A stretch of 64,000 bases of DNA, from assembly GCF_000181795.1 (NCBI RefSeq), contig NW_003526941.1:4367218-4431217 (forward strand). The letters run 5' to 3'. Positions within the stretch are counted from its first letter, which is position 1. Each line of letters begins with the position of its first letter. Shown here piece after piece: positions 10,216 through 22,841 of the stretch. The notes under the pieces were generated by a model. That model did not search any database, was not told the DNA's origin, and saw only the letters and a list, made by a program, of their open reading frames with translations. Both the position numbers and the translations under genes were made by a program. The stretch is from Trichinella spiralis (Eukaryota).

Positions 10216-11967
10216 ATGTCAATTTTTGAAGGACTGGCATCCTACACTGAGAAGAAGGTTATTGTTTTAGATATCGGCACTGCATTGACGAAGTACACTC
10301 ATCACTTTTTCTCGATTTTGAACAACTTTTCAAAATTGCAGAGAGATTTGTCATTTCAGATATGGTTTCAGTTCTGAACTGGTTCCTCGTGGCATTATTC
10401 CAACTACGCCAGCCTTGACTACATTGGACGTAGTATCATTCAGTAACCGCGAAGAACAAAGCCGATTACAGATGGTCACCGATTTTTTCGATAACATATT
10501 CTTCAGGTTTAATTGTCGTATTTTTTCCAAATATTATTCGGTGGTCAAATGTCTACCGGCATTTGACTAGTAAGTTTTTATTTGACCAGCGAAACATTTT
10601 CAGACAACTGTTGATTACACCAGCAAAAGAACGGATGGTGATAGTTGAAAGCGTGATTACACCAACAATGAGACGGGATTTGATTGCAAAAGTGCTATTC
10701 ACCCGTTTCGACGTAACTATTTTTGTCACCAATTCACTGTACTTTTTTGTTGAAAACTAATTTTTTTAAATATATTTGAAGATTTCGAACATATGTTTTC
10801 CGCCAATTCACCTCTGCGCTGCTTTCCCACTCGGAACACAGACTGCTCTGGTGGTGGACGTTGGCAATTATGAAACCCAAGTTATGGCCATTTTTGACGG
10901 TGTGCCTTTGATTCAATCTTTTCAAGTCGCTCCCGTAGCTTCTCGTGCTGTTCTGAAGTTCGTCTCCTTTGTCGCACAAAACTATTTCATACAGTTAGTT
11001 AATGTGCATTTTTCTTTCTTGTATTTCTTTAGAAGACTCAGAGATCTGATCATTAATCGCTGCTTTGCCTATTCACAAGGCAGTATGTGTCCAGCGTTGG
11101 AATGTGCCGAAATTTTCCAAGACCATATTCTTGAAGACATAAAAGGTTTGATTTTTCAAATGTAAAAAGACTAACTGTGTTGTTTTCTTTTAAACCTTTT
11201 GGTTTTTTTCAGCAAAAATTTGCTTTGTCACAAACATGGAGCGAGGGCACATGTATGACAGGGCCGAAAATGAACAAAATGCCGAAGTATATATATATAA
11301 ATGATGCAATTTCACCGATGTCAGAGGATGTAGGTCAGAAATTTTAGAAACCAACTCCACCACCGAACGTGGAATACGTACTTGACGAGGACAAAGTCCT
11401 GATCATCGACGGATGTATCAGAGAATTAGCTGCCGAAATTATATTCCTCTACGATGAAGATGGCAATTCGATTCCTCAACTGATCATCGAAAGTATTCTA
11501 CGAGTACGGGCAGTGTTGTTGTTGTTCTTGTTCTGCTTATTCGATGATGGTGTATGCATGTATTGAAATTTCAGTGTCCCATAGACGTCCGAAAAGTTGT
11601 AGCGGAGAGAATTTTGGTCATTGGCGGAGGATGCATGATACCCGGCTTCATGGCACGACTGAAAGAGGAACTACTTGACAACTTGAACAGAAGTGACCGA
11701 TTTGCTGAAAAAACCGCAATAAGAAAAGTTAAATTTTTCAAATCACCAGCAGCTGAAAATTACATGGCTTGGCTTGGAGGTTGATTCTATGTTTATATTA
11801 TTATATGTAAATATAGATGTTGTTTCTTTGCTTTTTACTTTACAGGAAGTGTGATCGGCTCTCTTGACATCCTACCATATCGTTCTGTTTCACTTCTAAA
11901 CGTTCAAAACGGATGCGTGCCAGATTGGTCAACTTCTTTCACATTTAATCCAAATAACAGCAACTGA
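10216..11967 (+). CDS. ACTR10: Actin-related protein 10 (dynactin Arp10/Arp11), multi-exon
   Basis: MSIFEGLASYTEKKVIVLDIGTALTKYGFSSELVPRGIIP; TALVVDVGNYET; ILEDIKAKICFV; CPIDVRK..ILVIGGGCMIPGF; AWLGGS; VPDWS; stop at 11965-11967. Confidence 0.9.
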
Positions 11968-12173
11968 ATCGCTTTTAAGCAGTTAACCGATTACTATTTT
12001 CAACAGATACATATTTCCCTATAATATACGTGTATATATATATATATATAAATGCGTGTGTGTATGGATGTGGTATACGAGTTAAGGTAGATGTATAAAA
12101 TTATATCATTCTAACCATATTGTGATATTCGTCAAGATTTTTTATTGGCTTAAACAAATGTAATAATAAACAT

Positions 12174-13671
12174 TTATTCACTTAAATTGAAGCTTCGTGT
12201 TGCATACTTCTTCTCTTCCGGAATAAGATTCTTAAAATGAAAGAAATATAATAAATTAGCAAAATACAGAGAGCATTTACAACAGTAGCAAAAATTGTAC
12301 CAAATTAGCAGATGTGCGACAAACCGTTTCCCAAGTCCAAGAATTGACTCGCTGATTGAATGGCAATGCACAACCTTGAACGCGATAAAGTGATAAATTA
12401 TCTTCAGTTTGAATGGGATGCATCTGAAAATTTAAGTGAATGAAATTCGATCAATACTGCTTCAAATTTGCTAAAGTCTCTTACAGCAGTGACGCTATAA
12501 AGTCCCAATTGGGCAGTGGAAGAGATCATTGGCCCTTTGCTGATGTCAACGTGATCGCCCATGCGATAAACTGAAAATGTTCCACACTCATCGCCTTTGT
12601 TGGCCATATTTTTAATCTGTTCCAATTTGAAACTGAAATTCGTTTGAAATGTTCTACCAGAAATTCCACTGCACCAGGACAAAAGTACAACAAATATTAC
12701 TTGTTGTTCTTGAACATTTCCTCCAGTACATCAACACCAACTTCCAATCTTTCGAAGGGGAAATTTTTCTTCCTCAAATCATCCACAACAACACGACCAA
12801 GTACGTCTAAATCCGCCTGAAATTAACCGGTCAAATTGCATACAATCATCTTGAGAACAAAACAATTAAAATTACCTTTTTTATGGTTAAATTATTGTTC
12901 ATTTGTAAAGCTATATCATATATGAAACTGCCGCTTGAAACTGAAACAAACAAAAGTAGCAAAAACGTTCAATAAATACTAAAAGCGTACGTTGTTATAA
13001 TAATTATCTTTTACCGTTAACGAATGGCCAACTGTGCAACGTTACACCGATTGACTTTTTCAAAGACGTTTCAAATATATAACCCAAAACAAAGCTGCAC
13101 GTTCTCCAAAATGCCTGTAAGCTAATTTGTAAAATAGGAAAATCCAAAATAAATAAATAAATACCTTATTGACTAAATGGGGATTTAAATCGGTGAAAAA
13201 CAGAAATTGCAAATTGCAATCTGTTGACGGCAACGGTCGATGCATATCCCAAGGCTTATTGTTAACGAGAGCCAGTGGACTGCGATCGGCTAACATTCGG
13301 CTAACGTGCATGGCGCAGTGATGCGGCGTCGACATGTTCGCGTTCATCACCAATTCAACACTGTTACCATTCTTCGGCAAATAACTGTTCGGCAGTTGCA
13401 TTTTGACGACAATTTTTTCCACTTTTCCCAGCAAATTTTCTTGTCTAACTTTTTCTTCTTCAAACACCAAGCTTCTTTGAATGCGAGCATCTTGCAACGA
13501 CAACTGTCGTCGCAGAGTCGACTGAAGTATTATGCAGTTTGTTGCTGAAAAAAATTTTTGCACTTTATCAACATCCCGATATTATTTATGAGTTGGAGAT
13601 TGTGAAAAGCAAAACAACAACTCAAAAATCCACCGTACGATAATTATACAAAATCGACATATCATCGTCAT
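12174..13671 (-). CDS. MRPL39: Mitochondrial ribosomal protein L39 (ThrRS TGS/SAD-like), multi-exon; start approximate
   Basis: FEEEKVRQ..VEKI; STPHHCAMHVS..ALVNNKPWDMHRPL..C.LQFL; AFWRTCSFVLG; FIYD; FERLEV; YRMGDHVDISKGPMIS; FKVVHC. Confidence 0.88.
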
Positions 13672-14894
13672 TTATACAACGAATAATTGCAATGTAAATA
13701 AATAAATGCTCGAAGCAACGCAAATCAATTTCTTTCATCTCTTGAAATTATCATTAATAATAAAATTAAATTAAAAAACAAAATTTTCAAAAATATCAAT
13801 GCCAAAAATAGCTTCAATTTTCACATACTTATCAAATAAGAAATGAAACAAATACATTCTCATGCAAAAGTTGCAAGGGATTTTTAACCGCAGACATATC
13901 ATTATACATCGCTCGACAAACGAATATAATAATACACGCATGAATGTAAATGATCATTGTAAATAAGTGAACATGAAATTGTTGTAAATATTAATTTATA
14001 CTTGAGCAATTTTCCAAAACTGAGACTTATAACCATTCGACAAACGAGAATCAATTACCTGCTCTTTGCGGCAGTAATAAACTGCTCAACAGCCGAGTAT
14101 GCAAAAGTACCATAACAACTAACCAAGTGTCTCTTCAAGTGAAATCTAAAGAAATTTAAATACTGCTTAAAACAAACAAATTTTCTGATTACAACACAAG
14201 CAAACACGTTGTCAAAATGTGTAGTCAACACCATCGCGTTAACAAATATGAGCAAGTAGTAAACTTTAAAATAATTGAATTGAAAAATAAAATAACATTT
14301 TAAAATAAAACTACAAAATGATAAGTTCTTTTTCACTTATTATTTTGGTTAAACAATTATTTCTAACGAAATAAGATGCGTTTCGTTCAAGATCAGCAGT
14401 GTATGTGTATGAAAATTTAAATCCATGCAAATTTGGACATACTTGTATAACCAAGTGAAGAACTAAAGAATTAAGAGAAAAAGAAAGAACCAACAAACAA
14501 ATAAACACCCAACCTTCAAACTGAAAAAGTATTTCATTCTCCTACCGTAGGAAAATAAAACTTGAATTTTGTTAAGCACAGTAAATTGAGTTGCTGAAAT
14601 GTTTCACTGCTTAAAATATATTTAAAAGAAAAAGCTTATTAAAAAAAGTTCTCTTAAAAGGAACTTGATTTTCTTTCGGTAAATTATTACTTGTTGTCTT
14701 TGAGTGCAATTACGTGCGTGATACATAATGCAAAAACAAATATCATCGGGGTTTCTTCTGTAGGCATAAATTTGAGAACTCAGGTACACTAAGTTGATTA
14801 TTTAAATTTTTTCCAAATCACCATACCTTCAAAAAAATTATGGAAAAAGTTTATTAAAGTTTAAAAAAAGAAAAAGGTTTTCAAATGGATTGCA

Positions 14895-17800
14895 TTACAT
14901 TTTTTTTCTAAACCTCTGCAACCAACCAGTTGTAGTCTTTGGTGGAACTTCATCAACATTGGTAGTATCCGACTTGTTCGACTTTCTCAACTCTTTATCG
15001 TAACATATATTCGCAGATTTGATTGGCAAGAACTGATTTGTCACCGATCTACTGATACTCTTGGGTGTGGCAGTCCGATTAGAAACCTCTCGGATATTCA
15101 CAACATTCGTGGGTATATTTGATTTCAAACAAGAAACACTGGAGGTAGTGGACATTGTCGATGCCAAAAGTGCGGCGTTGTTGTTCTTTTTACGTGAAAT
15201 TTCTTCACTTTCCGACGTAATGCGGCCAGCAAAAGTGTTGGCCTTGTTGGCTGTGAAGTTGATCTTTCTGTCTTGATTTGAAGCACCAGTCACCGGCACT
15301 TTAGGAGAAGCAGTAGTTTTGTTGCAAAATCGAGTAGTGGTGGTGGTGGTGGTGGTGGTGGGGTTGAAAACGTTTCACGACAATTTGCATTTTTCACATC
15401 CGATACAGCATCGGTTGCTCTTCTCAACCGAGTGACTGTAGCAAAATTGCCAAAAGCGGGAATTTTGGAACTTTGGCTAATTGTCGTTGCTGGTGCTGGT
15501 GCTGGTGGCTTTTCAGCTGCTGCTGCTGCGCTGCTAGAAGTTTCTGAATCATGATGCTGCGATCGTTTCGCATCTTGTTGATGATGACAGTGAAAATTCT
15601 GCTGACCATAATGAAGGCTGTATTCGAACGGATTCATCGACGTGCCGGGAGGGTATTTTTCGTCCACTTTCAAACCGTTTGGCGAGTCGAACGTCGCCGC
15701 CAACGCCCTGACGTGGCCCATTTTGGAAAGCCTTTGCAAAGATGGAGATTGTTTTTTCACCAACAATGATGCAGGCAGTCGAGAAGTGGAACCTTCAAAC
15801 CCACCGGATATGGTTGTCCTTTGTCGAATGTCGATTCCAGAATTTCTGGGCTCTTTTTCTGATTTGGATATTCCTCGCCCAATGGGCGGGGTCGAATTAT
15901 TATTACTGTTCAGTTGCTTGGTTTGACTGAACGCTTGCATTGCAACTGCATCGCTGGATGAATCTTTCGGCAAGTCTGCAATTTCGTCGAAATATTTCAT
16001 CAAATAACAAAAAGAGCTATTTTGAAACAATTACAATTTTTCATCGATTGAATAAAACTGGCAAATTCTGCTTCTAACATTTCATCCGGCAAACACGACC
16101 TGGGATCTTTTTTCTTCTTTTCACCACCAACTGTCGTCATTCTTGAGCCGTATAATTTGAACGGCAAATAGAAGGAAAATTTCGAATTCACCTCAAACGT
16201 AAATAATAAACAAGTAAACAAATTTAACGAACAAACAAACAAACAAACAAACAATTTTTCAATTTACCAATTTTTCTACGAGATCTTGACCATGATAAGA
16301 ATCGGCTCGACGGATTCGAGCATTTCTGTTGGAAAGTTGTTGAATTTCGAGTCTTTGCCTTTCAATCTGAGCATGAGCGAGCAACAGTGAAGATTGAGTT
16401 TGCATCAGTTCAACGTTGACATTCGAATAGGCGTTCAACTTTTCCAACAAACTGTTTCGAACAGTATGCAACTGAATGGAAGAATAAAAAAACATTTTTG
16501 ATCAATTGATTGAAAAAAAAGAACAACACACATAACAAATATTTCAAAGTTTTCATTAATATTAATTTTCTGATAAATTATTTTTAAATATACCTTTCGT
16601 AGCAGTTTTACGGTAAATACGAACAGAGACTGATAATCTCGCTCAATTTGATAATCTTTGACCAACGATGAACTTTCCTCTTTGTTCGATTTTTCTAAAT
16701 TAAAATCAAATTAAATTACTTAAAAAATAAATATTTGTATAAATTATCCAAAAAGAAAAAGCAACCATCTACAAAATATATTCAAAAGAAAACAAATGGA
16801 TTAATACTGTTGTCATTTTCAAAAAATTCTTTGCTAATCAACAGAGATTCCAATTTTTCCCAATATTGTTGATTTATGATCTGCTGTTTAGCATTGGCTT
16901 CCATTGTCAACTGCTGAAACAAAAAAACATTTATATATATATGAACAATAATATAATACTACTGGTCGAGAAATAATTTATAAATTTAATTTTATAAAAA
17001 AAACAATAATATTGCCTGATCGTGGTAAGTTTCAGCTTTCATTTCTTGGATATTTTGCTCCAAAGTGCGAATGTGATTTTCCAAATCTTTGACCACAGAC
17101 AACGGCACGCAGTGCTTTTCAATATTCCGTTCGAATAAGCTTTCCAACAGGTTGTTGAATTTCAACCTGTTGCGCAACGTTTTCATGCTTCCTTCCAAAT
17201 TGGCAACTCGTTCAACGATGCTTTCATATTCGGAGGTCTTTTCCCGAAGTTGACGAATCAGGATGGAATTTTTCTCTTGCAAAGCCAACAACTGCTTCAG
17301 CACGTTCATCCCGGACACGTAGCGATTCAAATCCGTCTCGTGGGATGTAAAAACTGAATCATTGCTCACCGTCATTTGACTTGGAGTGAGCGACAAATTG
17401 ACACCCGCTGTCTGTAGCAGATTGCTCAATCCTGGATCTGTACGGAAATAGTTGGCGCTGTCTGTGATTGATAGTGCAAATATATATAAAGTATGATGAT
17501 TTCAAAAGAATTTACTTTTACCTGGTTGTAAACTGAGTTGTGAAGGAGGATTATTTTGCACAGTTTTATCAAGCTGATCGAGATGATTGATATTCGTTTC
17601 AGAGACTGAATGCGTAAACGATGAAACCATATCGGCAATAAGAGCTTTGCATCGATTATTACTATTACTATTATTATTATTATCATTAGATTGACATTTT
17701 TCGGAAATTCTTTGCTTATCCACAGAAGCATGGTGCAACAGAGCTTTTTCTGGAGAAGTTATCCTCATTGCTTGTCTTGTCGTTCTCAAAGGAACAATTG

Positions 17801-20790
17801 TCGATTCTTTCGCTGGTTCAAAACTGTCATCCAGGTAGAACTGATTTTCCACCATGACACTATCCATCGCTTCTTTGCGCGGCACGTCGGCAGAGAATGA
17901 TGCTTCATCAAAGCCGTCCTTCTTCTTCACCAAAGAAAATGGCTTTGTGGCAAGTCCCCGAAATTTCAAATCTGAAATTATTTAATTCATAACTTTTATC
18001 AAAATAAAAATCAAAACATCTCAAACTGATCTTTTTTATTACTGTTTTGTCAGTTACAATACTCCTTGATTATTTTTAATACTGTCGGCCCGTTGATATT
18101 GTATTGATTTGTTTTCTGTTTTGCCTGTATTAGAAAAACATTTTTTAAGAAAGAGAAAAAAATTTTTTTGCTTCTTATTTTACACATATTTTGTATTGTT
18201 TTTATCTGTGATGAATGATGTCTATTTAGTGATATCTTTTTATGTTTACACGTGCTTGGCAATGTTATCGAGTAAAATATTTCGAAAACATATTAATGCC
18301 AAAAGTGATTGCTCGCTAGCCCACTGCGTTGATCGACTGCAACTGCTGTTTCTTCAAATTTTGACAAATTTGAGCATCAGTGAAAAAAGCTATTCTCAAA
18401 ACAAGATGCACATTTTACAATCATCATCATCATCATAATCACGTAGCAACAACATCAATAATGCATTTGTTCTTTTGCAAACTTTTAGCAATATACTAAT
18501 GGAAAATTAAACTAAACAAAAAAACCAAAGAAAAAAAAACCAACAACTGTGACTTTGAAATGGAAAAAATGTTTGTCAACTTTTCACATGTTGCATTTTC
18601 ACATACATATTTGACAATTAATATTGCTTTGTGCTTAACAGGAATATGTTTAAAATGAAAATATAAAACAAAAATTTTCACTTAACACTTATTGCCCTTT
18701 GCAGACAGGTGTGAAAAATACTGATTTTAATTTCAATTAAATGCTCAATTAATCGAAATGTTAATTTTTGTATTACAAAATTTTACTTACAGAAAGACTG
18801 TACCTGCACGCCTTAACACTGTAAAAGTAATTCCAATTTTGTCGATTAGTTTCAAGAGAAAAAACAAAGAAAAAGTATTATGTCAAGTAGTTTTACAAAA
18901 TGCAATGATTAATTTCATAATTGAAATGTATCGTTGAAAAAAAAAGTGTATTTCACTAAACATACTATGCAGTGAATAAGAATAAGAATGAAATTTTCAT
19001 TCACATCAGTAAAAATAATGCCGTGTACGAAGAAGATAAAATGGAATGAAAGAAACTGGAAAATTATCTGAATGAAATATGATATTTATAGATTTATTTG
19101 AAGATGAATGAATGAATGAATGTTCTCATTTGAAGGGTAGTAATTAGAGAAGAAGAAAGCGTACGTAAAGCAAAAATATACAAGTTGAGTTATAAAATTT
19201 CAGTGTAAAAATCACGTTTGTATTTATAATAATCGAAAAGGAATTTGTAGTAAAACTGATCATATTTGTGAATTAGTTTTGAAAAAGTCATTAAATTTGA
19301 ATTTTAGAGGAAAAAATAGTTTTCACTTATTAAAATAGATTCACCATATTCACGGTTATTAAATGGGCATAACAATTAAAAAGATGAGAATGTATTTGAA
19401 ATATAAATAAGGGAAGAAAATTAATTAAGAAAAGAAAAAAGAAAATCATCCTGTACTTACCTAATTTTTCTGGAATTTCAATAACCGAGTAAACTTTGGA
19501 CGCTTCGGATGATGCCCATGAATCCGATTCGGAGATTTTTCGTTTTCGCTTTTTCAAAAACGCTTTCCGGCCTGCAAGCAGTCGTTGCTTGTTGCTGCTG
19601 TTGTGGAAAATTAATTCAGTCCGCGGTCGAAGCTGCGAAAACGTAGGACTACTGCTAGACCCGTGGTGCAGATGTGGTTCTGAAGTGGCGCCACGTTCAC
19701 TTTGCCGTCGTCGCTCTTCTTCAACACTAGCGGAAGAGCGGATGGATTTTTTCCAAGAGTGCCTTTTGATGCCGAATCGTTCGAGCAGTCGACTCACCCG
19801 ACCAGAATTGGTTTCAGGAAATGACAATGGTGCGTAGCAGGCGGTCGACGACGTGGAACTGCAATGGTTGATCGGTAGGGATTGTCGATTTTGAAGCGGC
19901 AATTTTTTGGCACCGCTATTGCTGCTGCTGTTGTAGTTAGGCAGCAGAACTTCGGAAAAAATGACCTGATCGTCAGAATCCCGTCTCGAAGGGTCCATCG
20001 GTTTCAGTAAATTGTGTTGCTTTGTAGTGGACAACGATGGTTGAATGGGATGGTCATTTTTTACAAGCTGATTACAGTCCAAGAAATGATCGTCAGTTTT
20101 GGACAAAAACAAAGGTGCTCGATTCAAGTGACTGGTAGAAGTTGGAGATTGCACAGACGACGTGTCAGTAGTGGTGTTGTTGGAATCGGTTCTCTGATGA
20201 TTCAGGGAATTGAAAATCAGCTGAGATCCCGCCGTTGGTCCCTCTGTTGCAAGTTGACTGCAGTTGCTGGCTTCGTAACCACTTTCTGCATCCAAAGAGC
20301 TGGCGTTGTTCGACTGGCGGCGGTTGACGGCAATGCACGCGCAGGCCGACTGCAATATTTCACACTGCAAACGTTCCACTTTTCTCATCTCATCCAAGCA
20401 GACAATTTGCCTACGCAAATGTCGGTTCTCTCGACGAAGGTGCACAACGAAATTCATCAAATGGCACATGGACGTGAGCAGATCGCCTGGCATTGGTTGC
20501 ATCATCGTTGCCGACGTTGACAGCAACGAACTGCCACATTCTGACGTACTTTGATTGAAGCTCCTCCACTCGGCTCGACGCCTCCAACATGCAGCACCAC
20601 TGAACGTGGCCAAGGAAGTTTTCTTCCTCGACTGCCGAATCTTTTCAATTTGTTCCAGAATTTCACTTTCCTCTTTTTCATATTCTTCGACAACTTTTGG
20701 TCGACTCTTCAGTCGGTGGTCGGCGGATTTCACTTTGCCAAAGCACCACCGATGACCACCACCACTGCCCAACAAGCCTGTAGTAGACAT
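14895..20790 (-). CDS. Large uncharacterised coiled-coil / low-complexity protein, ~9 exons
   Basis: ORFs join in phase: exon 20790-19461 (G|GTAAGT, phase 1), then 17971-17522, then 17461-17016, ~16913-16808, ~16695-16594, ~16470-16268, ~16192-16034, ~15977-15375 and ~15299-14895. Heptad-rich segments include LRRENRHLRRQI and LQEKNSILIRQLREK. No family recognised. Confidence 0.7.
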
Positions 20791-21596
20791 GGAGGATCAT
20801 CAAGTAACAAGTAACTCCCAACCGACGATCGATCCCCACTACTAACCGCAGCTTCGCTGCTGATGTGGTTTTTAAAATTTTCCTCTTTAACTTCTTTGTT
20901 TTTTTACCTATTTTAAAAAGCAGCTAATAATAATCAACCAACCAACTAACTAACAAACTAACAATAGATCAGATCTGGTCGGTTAGTTCGTTTTCAAGCC
21001 AGTATCCAGATGAAACATATTCGCTTGCATATTTAAAGTTGCTTGCAAAAATGCTTTTCAACAACACGCAAATCAACAGCTGCCATCTGTTTTCCATTGA
21101 GAAGTAGGTTTGCTGTGTGTGTGTGTGTGTGTTTTGCAGTGTTTCTTTCGACGCACGTCAAAACTGTGGCTTTTCTCTTCGGCTAGTCGACTTTTATATC
21201 TATTCTCTGCAATTACTTGAAGCGAGAAATTCCAATTCTCACTCACTAGCTGACGGCATGTCAACCTGCTCCGCTTCTACCTCAGACGCAACGGTAATCA
21301 TTTTCCAAACTGAACCTTTATGCAAAATTCATTTTTCAATAATCAAAATCACAAACGTTGTCTTCTCTCTTCTAATGGCCACTTTTTCGCATTTATGATC
21401 GGCAATCAGTGATGCTAATGGCCGGCTATATTAGCCAGCAGTTAGTCGATCCGGTGGTGAAAGTGTGTTTCTGAATGTTTTGGTTGGTGGCATTTTATCC
21501 TGATTGACCTCAGTCGGCAGCATCGGCAGCTATAAGCGTCGTTTAGCGAAAAGCAGCGACTAACAGGCGAGCGTAAAATTCACGTCTTGATCAGTG

Positions 21597-21650
21597 GATG
21601 AATGAATGAATGAATGAATGAATGAATGTGAATGAATGCGAATGAATGAA
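21597..21650. repeat. (GAAT)n microsatellite
   Basis: gatgaatgaatgaatgaatg... about a dozen imperfect units. Confidence 0.9.
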
Positions 21651-22841
21651 CTTCAAAATTCCACTCGTAACGTCAGTAAACAACGCAAAAGTGAGTGAGT
21701 GAATTCGTTGTAAACGAAAAATGAGAAAGAGCAGTTGTGCTCGCAACACAACCTCCGTAGTTTCAAGTAACTAATCTGTCGTCTGAAACGTGCAACGCTT
21801 TTTCAATCGTTGCTTATTGAAAAATTTGCATTTCCTCAACACGAGCAATTATCATCATCATTTATGCAAATTTCTGAAATATTCACAACACAAATTGAAC
21901 AATAATAATTAAGCTAGCTAAAGGGGTTTAGTTTTAAAAATCATATGAAAATTGACAATTATTGTTTAAAAATTAAAAAAATAAATAATTTCAATTCTCC
22001 AGCTGAAAAGCTTCCGCATTGTTTTTCGTAGTTTGCATTATTTGTTGATTCTTCATTCCACGCTGAAAACATTATGAAATAGCAAAGCTCTTAACCTATT
22101 TTCTATGCTTAAAACAATAAACAACAATGTTTCTTTACTTGAGTTTCATTTGTCAATGTAAATAAATCTCAATTGAACAATCACTAATCATAATGATGAT
22201 GATAATAATTTGATACGATTTGAGTTTCACCTTTATATTCATGCAGTGAATCAATCCTGTTTAATTGTTCAACAATAATATAATAATTTCAGTTATCAAT
22301 TATGAAATTATAATTTCAACTGGAATACTCACTGCAAAGCTGGAAAATTAGACTTGCGAAATTCAACATTTTAAACTGTCCAAAAAGTGTCGTTGTTGCT
22401 GTTGCAAAACGAGATGTCAAAATTGCCAATTTATTTTAAAAATATTGAAGTTGAAATAATAAAATAACTGTATACAATTTCATTCGGTTAATATTTTACA
22501 AATCTATAATTAAATTTGGCAGTTAATCACCCTGATTAAAGGAAAGGTAAAATGTGAACAATAAAGCATGTAATTTTAAAGCTATATAAAAAATTATTGC
22601 GAATATAAATTTTAAACATTCCGTATAATTATTATTATTATTATTTTTTTTCTTCTTATTCTCTCGAATAAATAAATACAGGTAAAAGATACAATCTGAA
22701 ACGTTTACAACAAAACATTCATCACATTCAAAAATGTTCACAATTTGGATTCGAATCTTATTTATAAAACTGAAGTCTGCTTCTCGAGCGTGAAAATAAA
22801 ATTTCTACTTCAACTTGGTTTGGTCAATCAACATACAACGC

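Noticed and set aside
19496..20814. Plus-strand ORFs antisense to the large exon (similar ones lie opposite the AChE, UTP23 and SORBS exons)
   Set aside because: Shadow ORFs caused by the higher GC of real exons.
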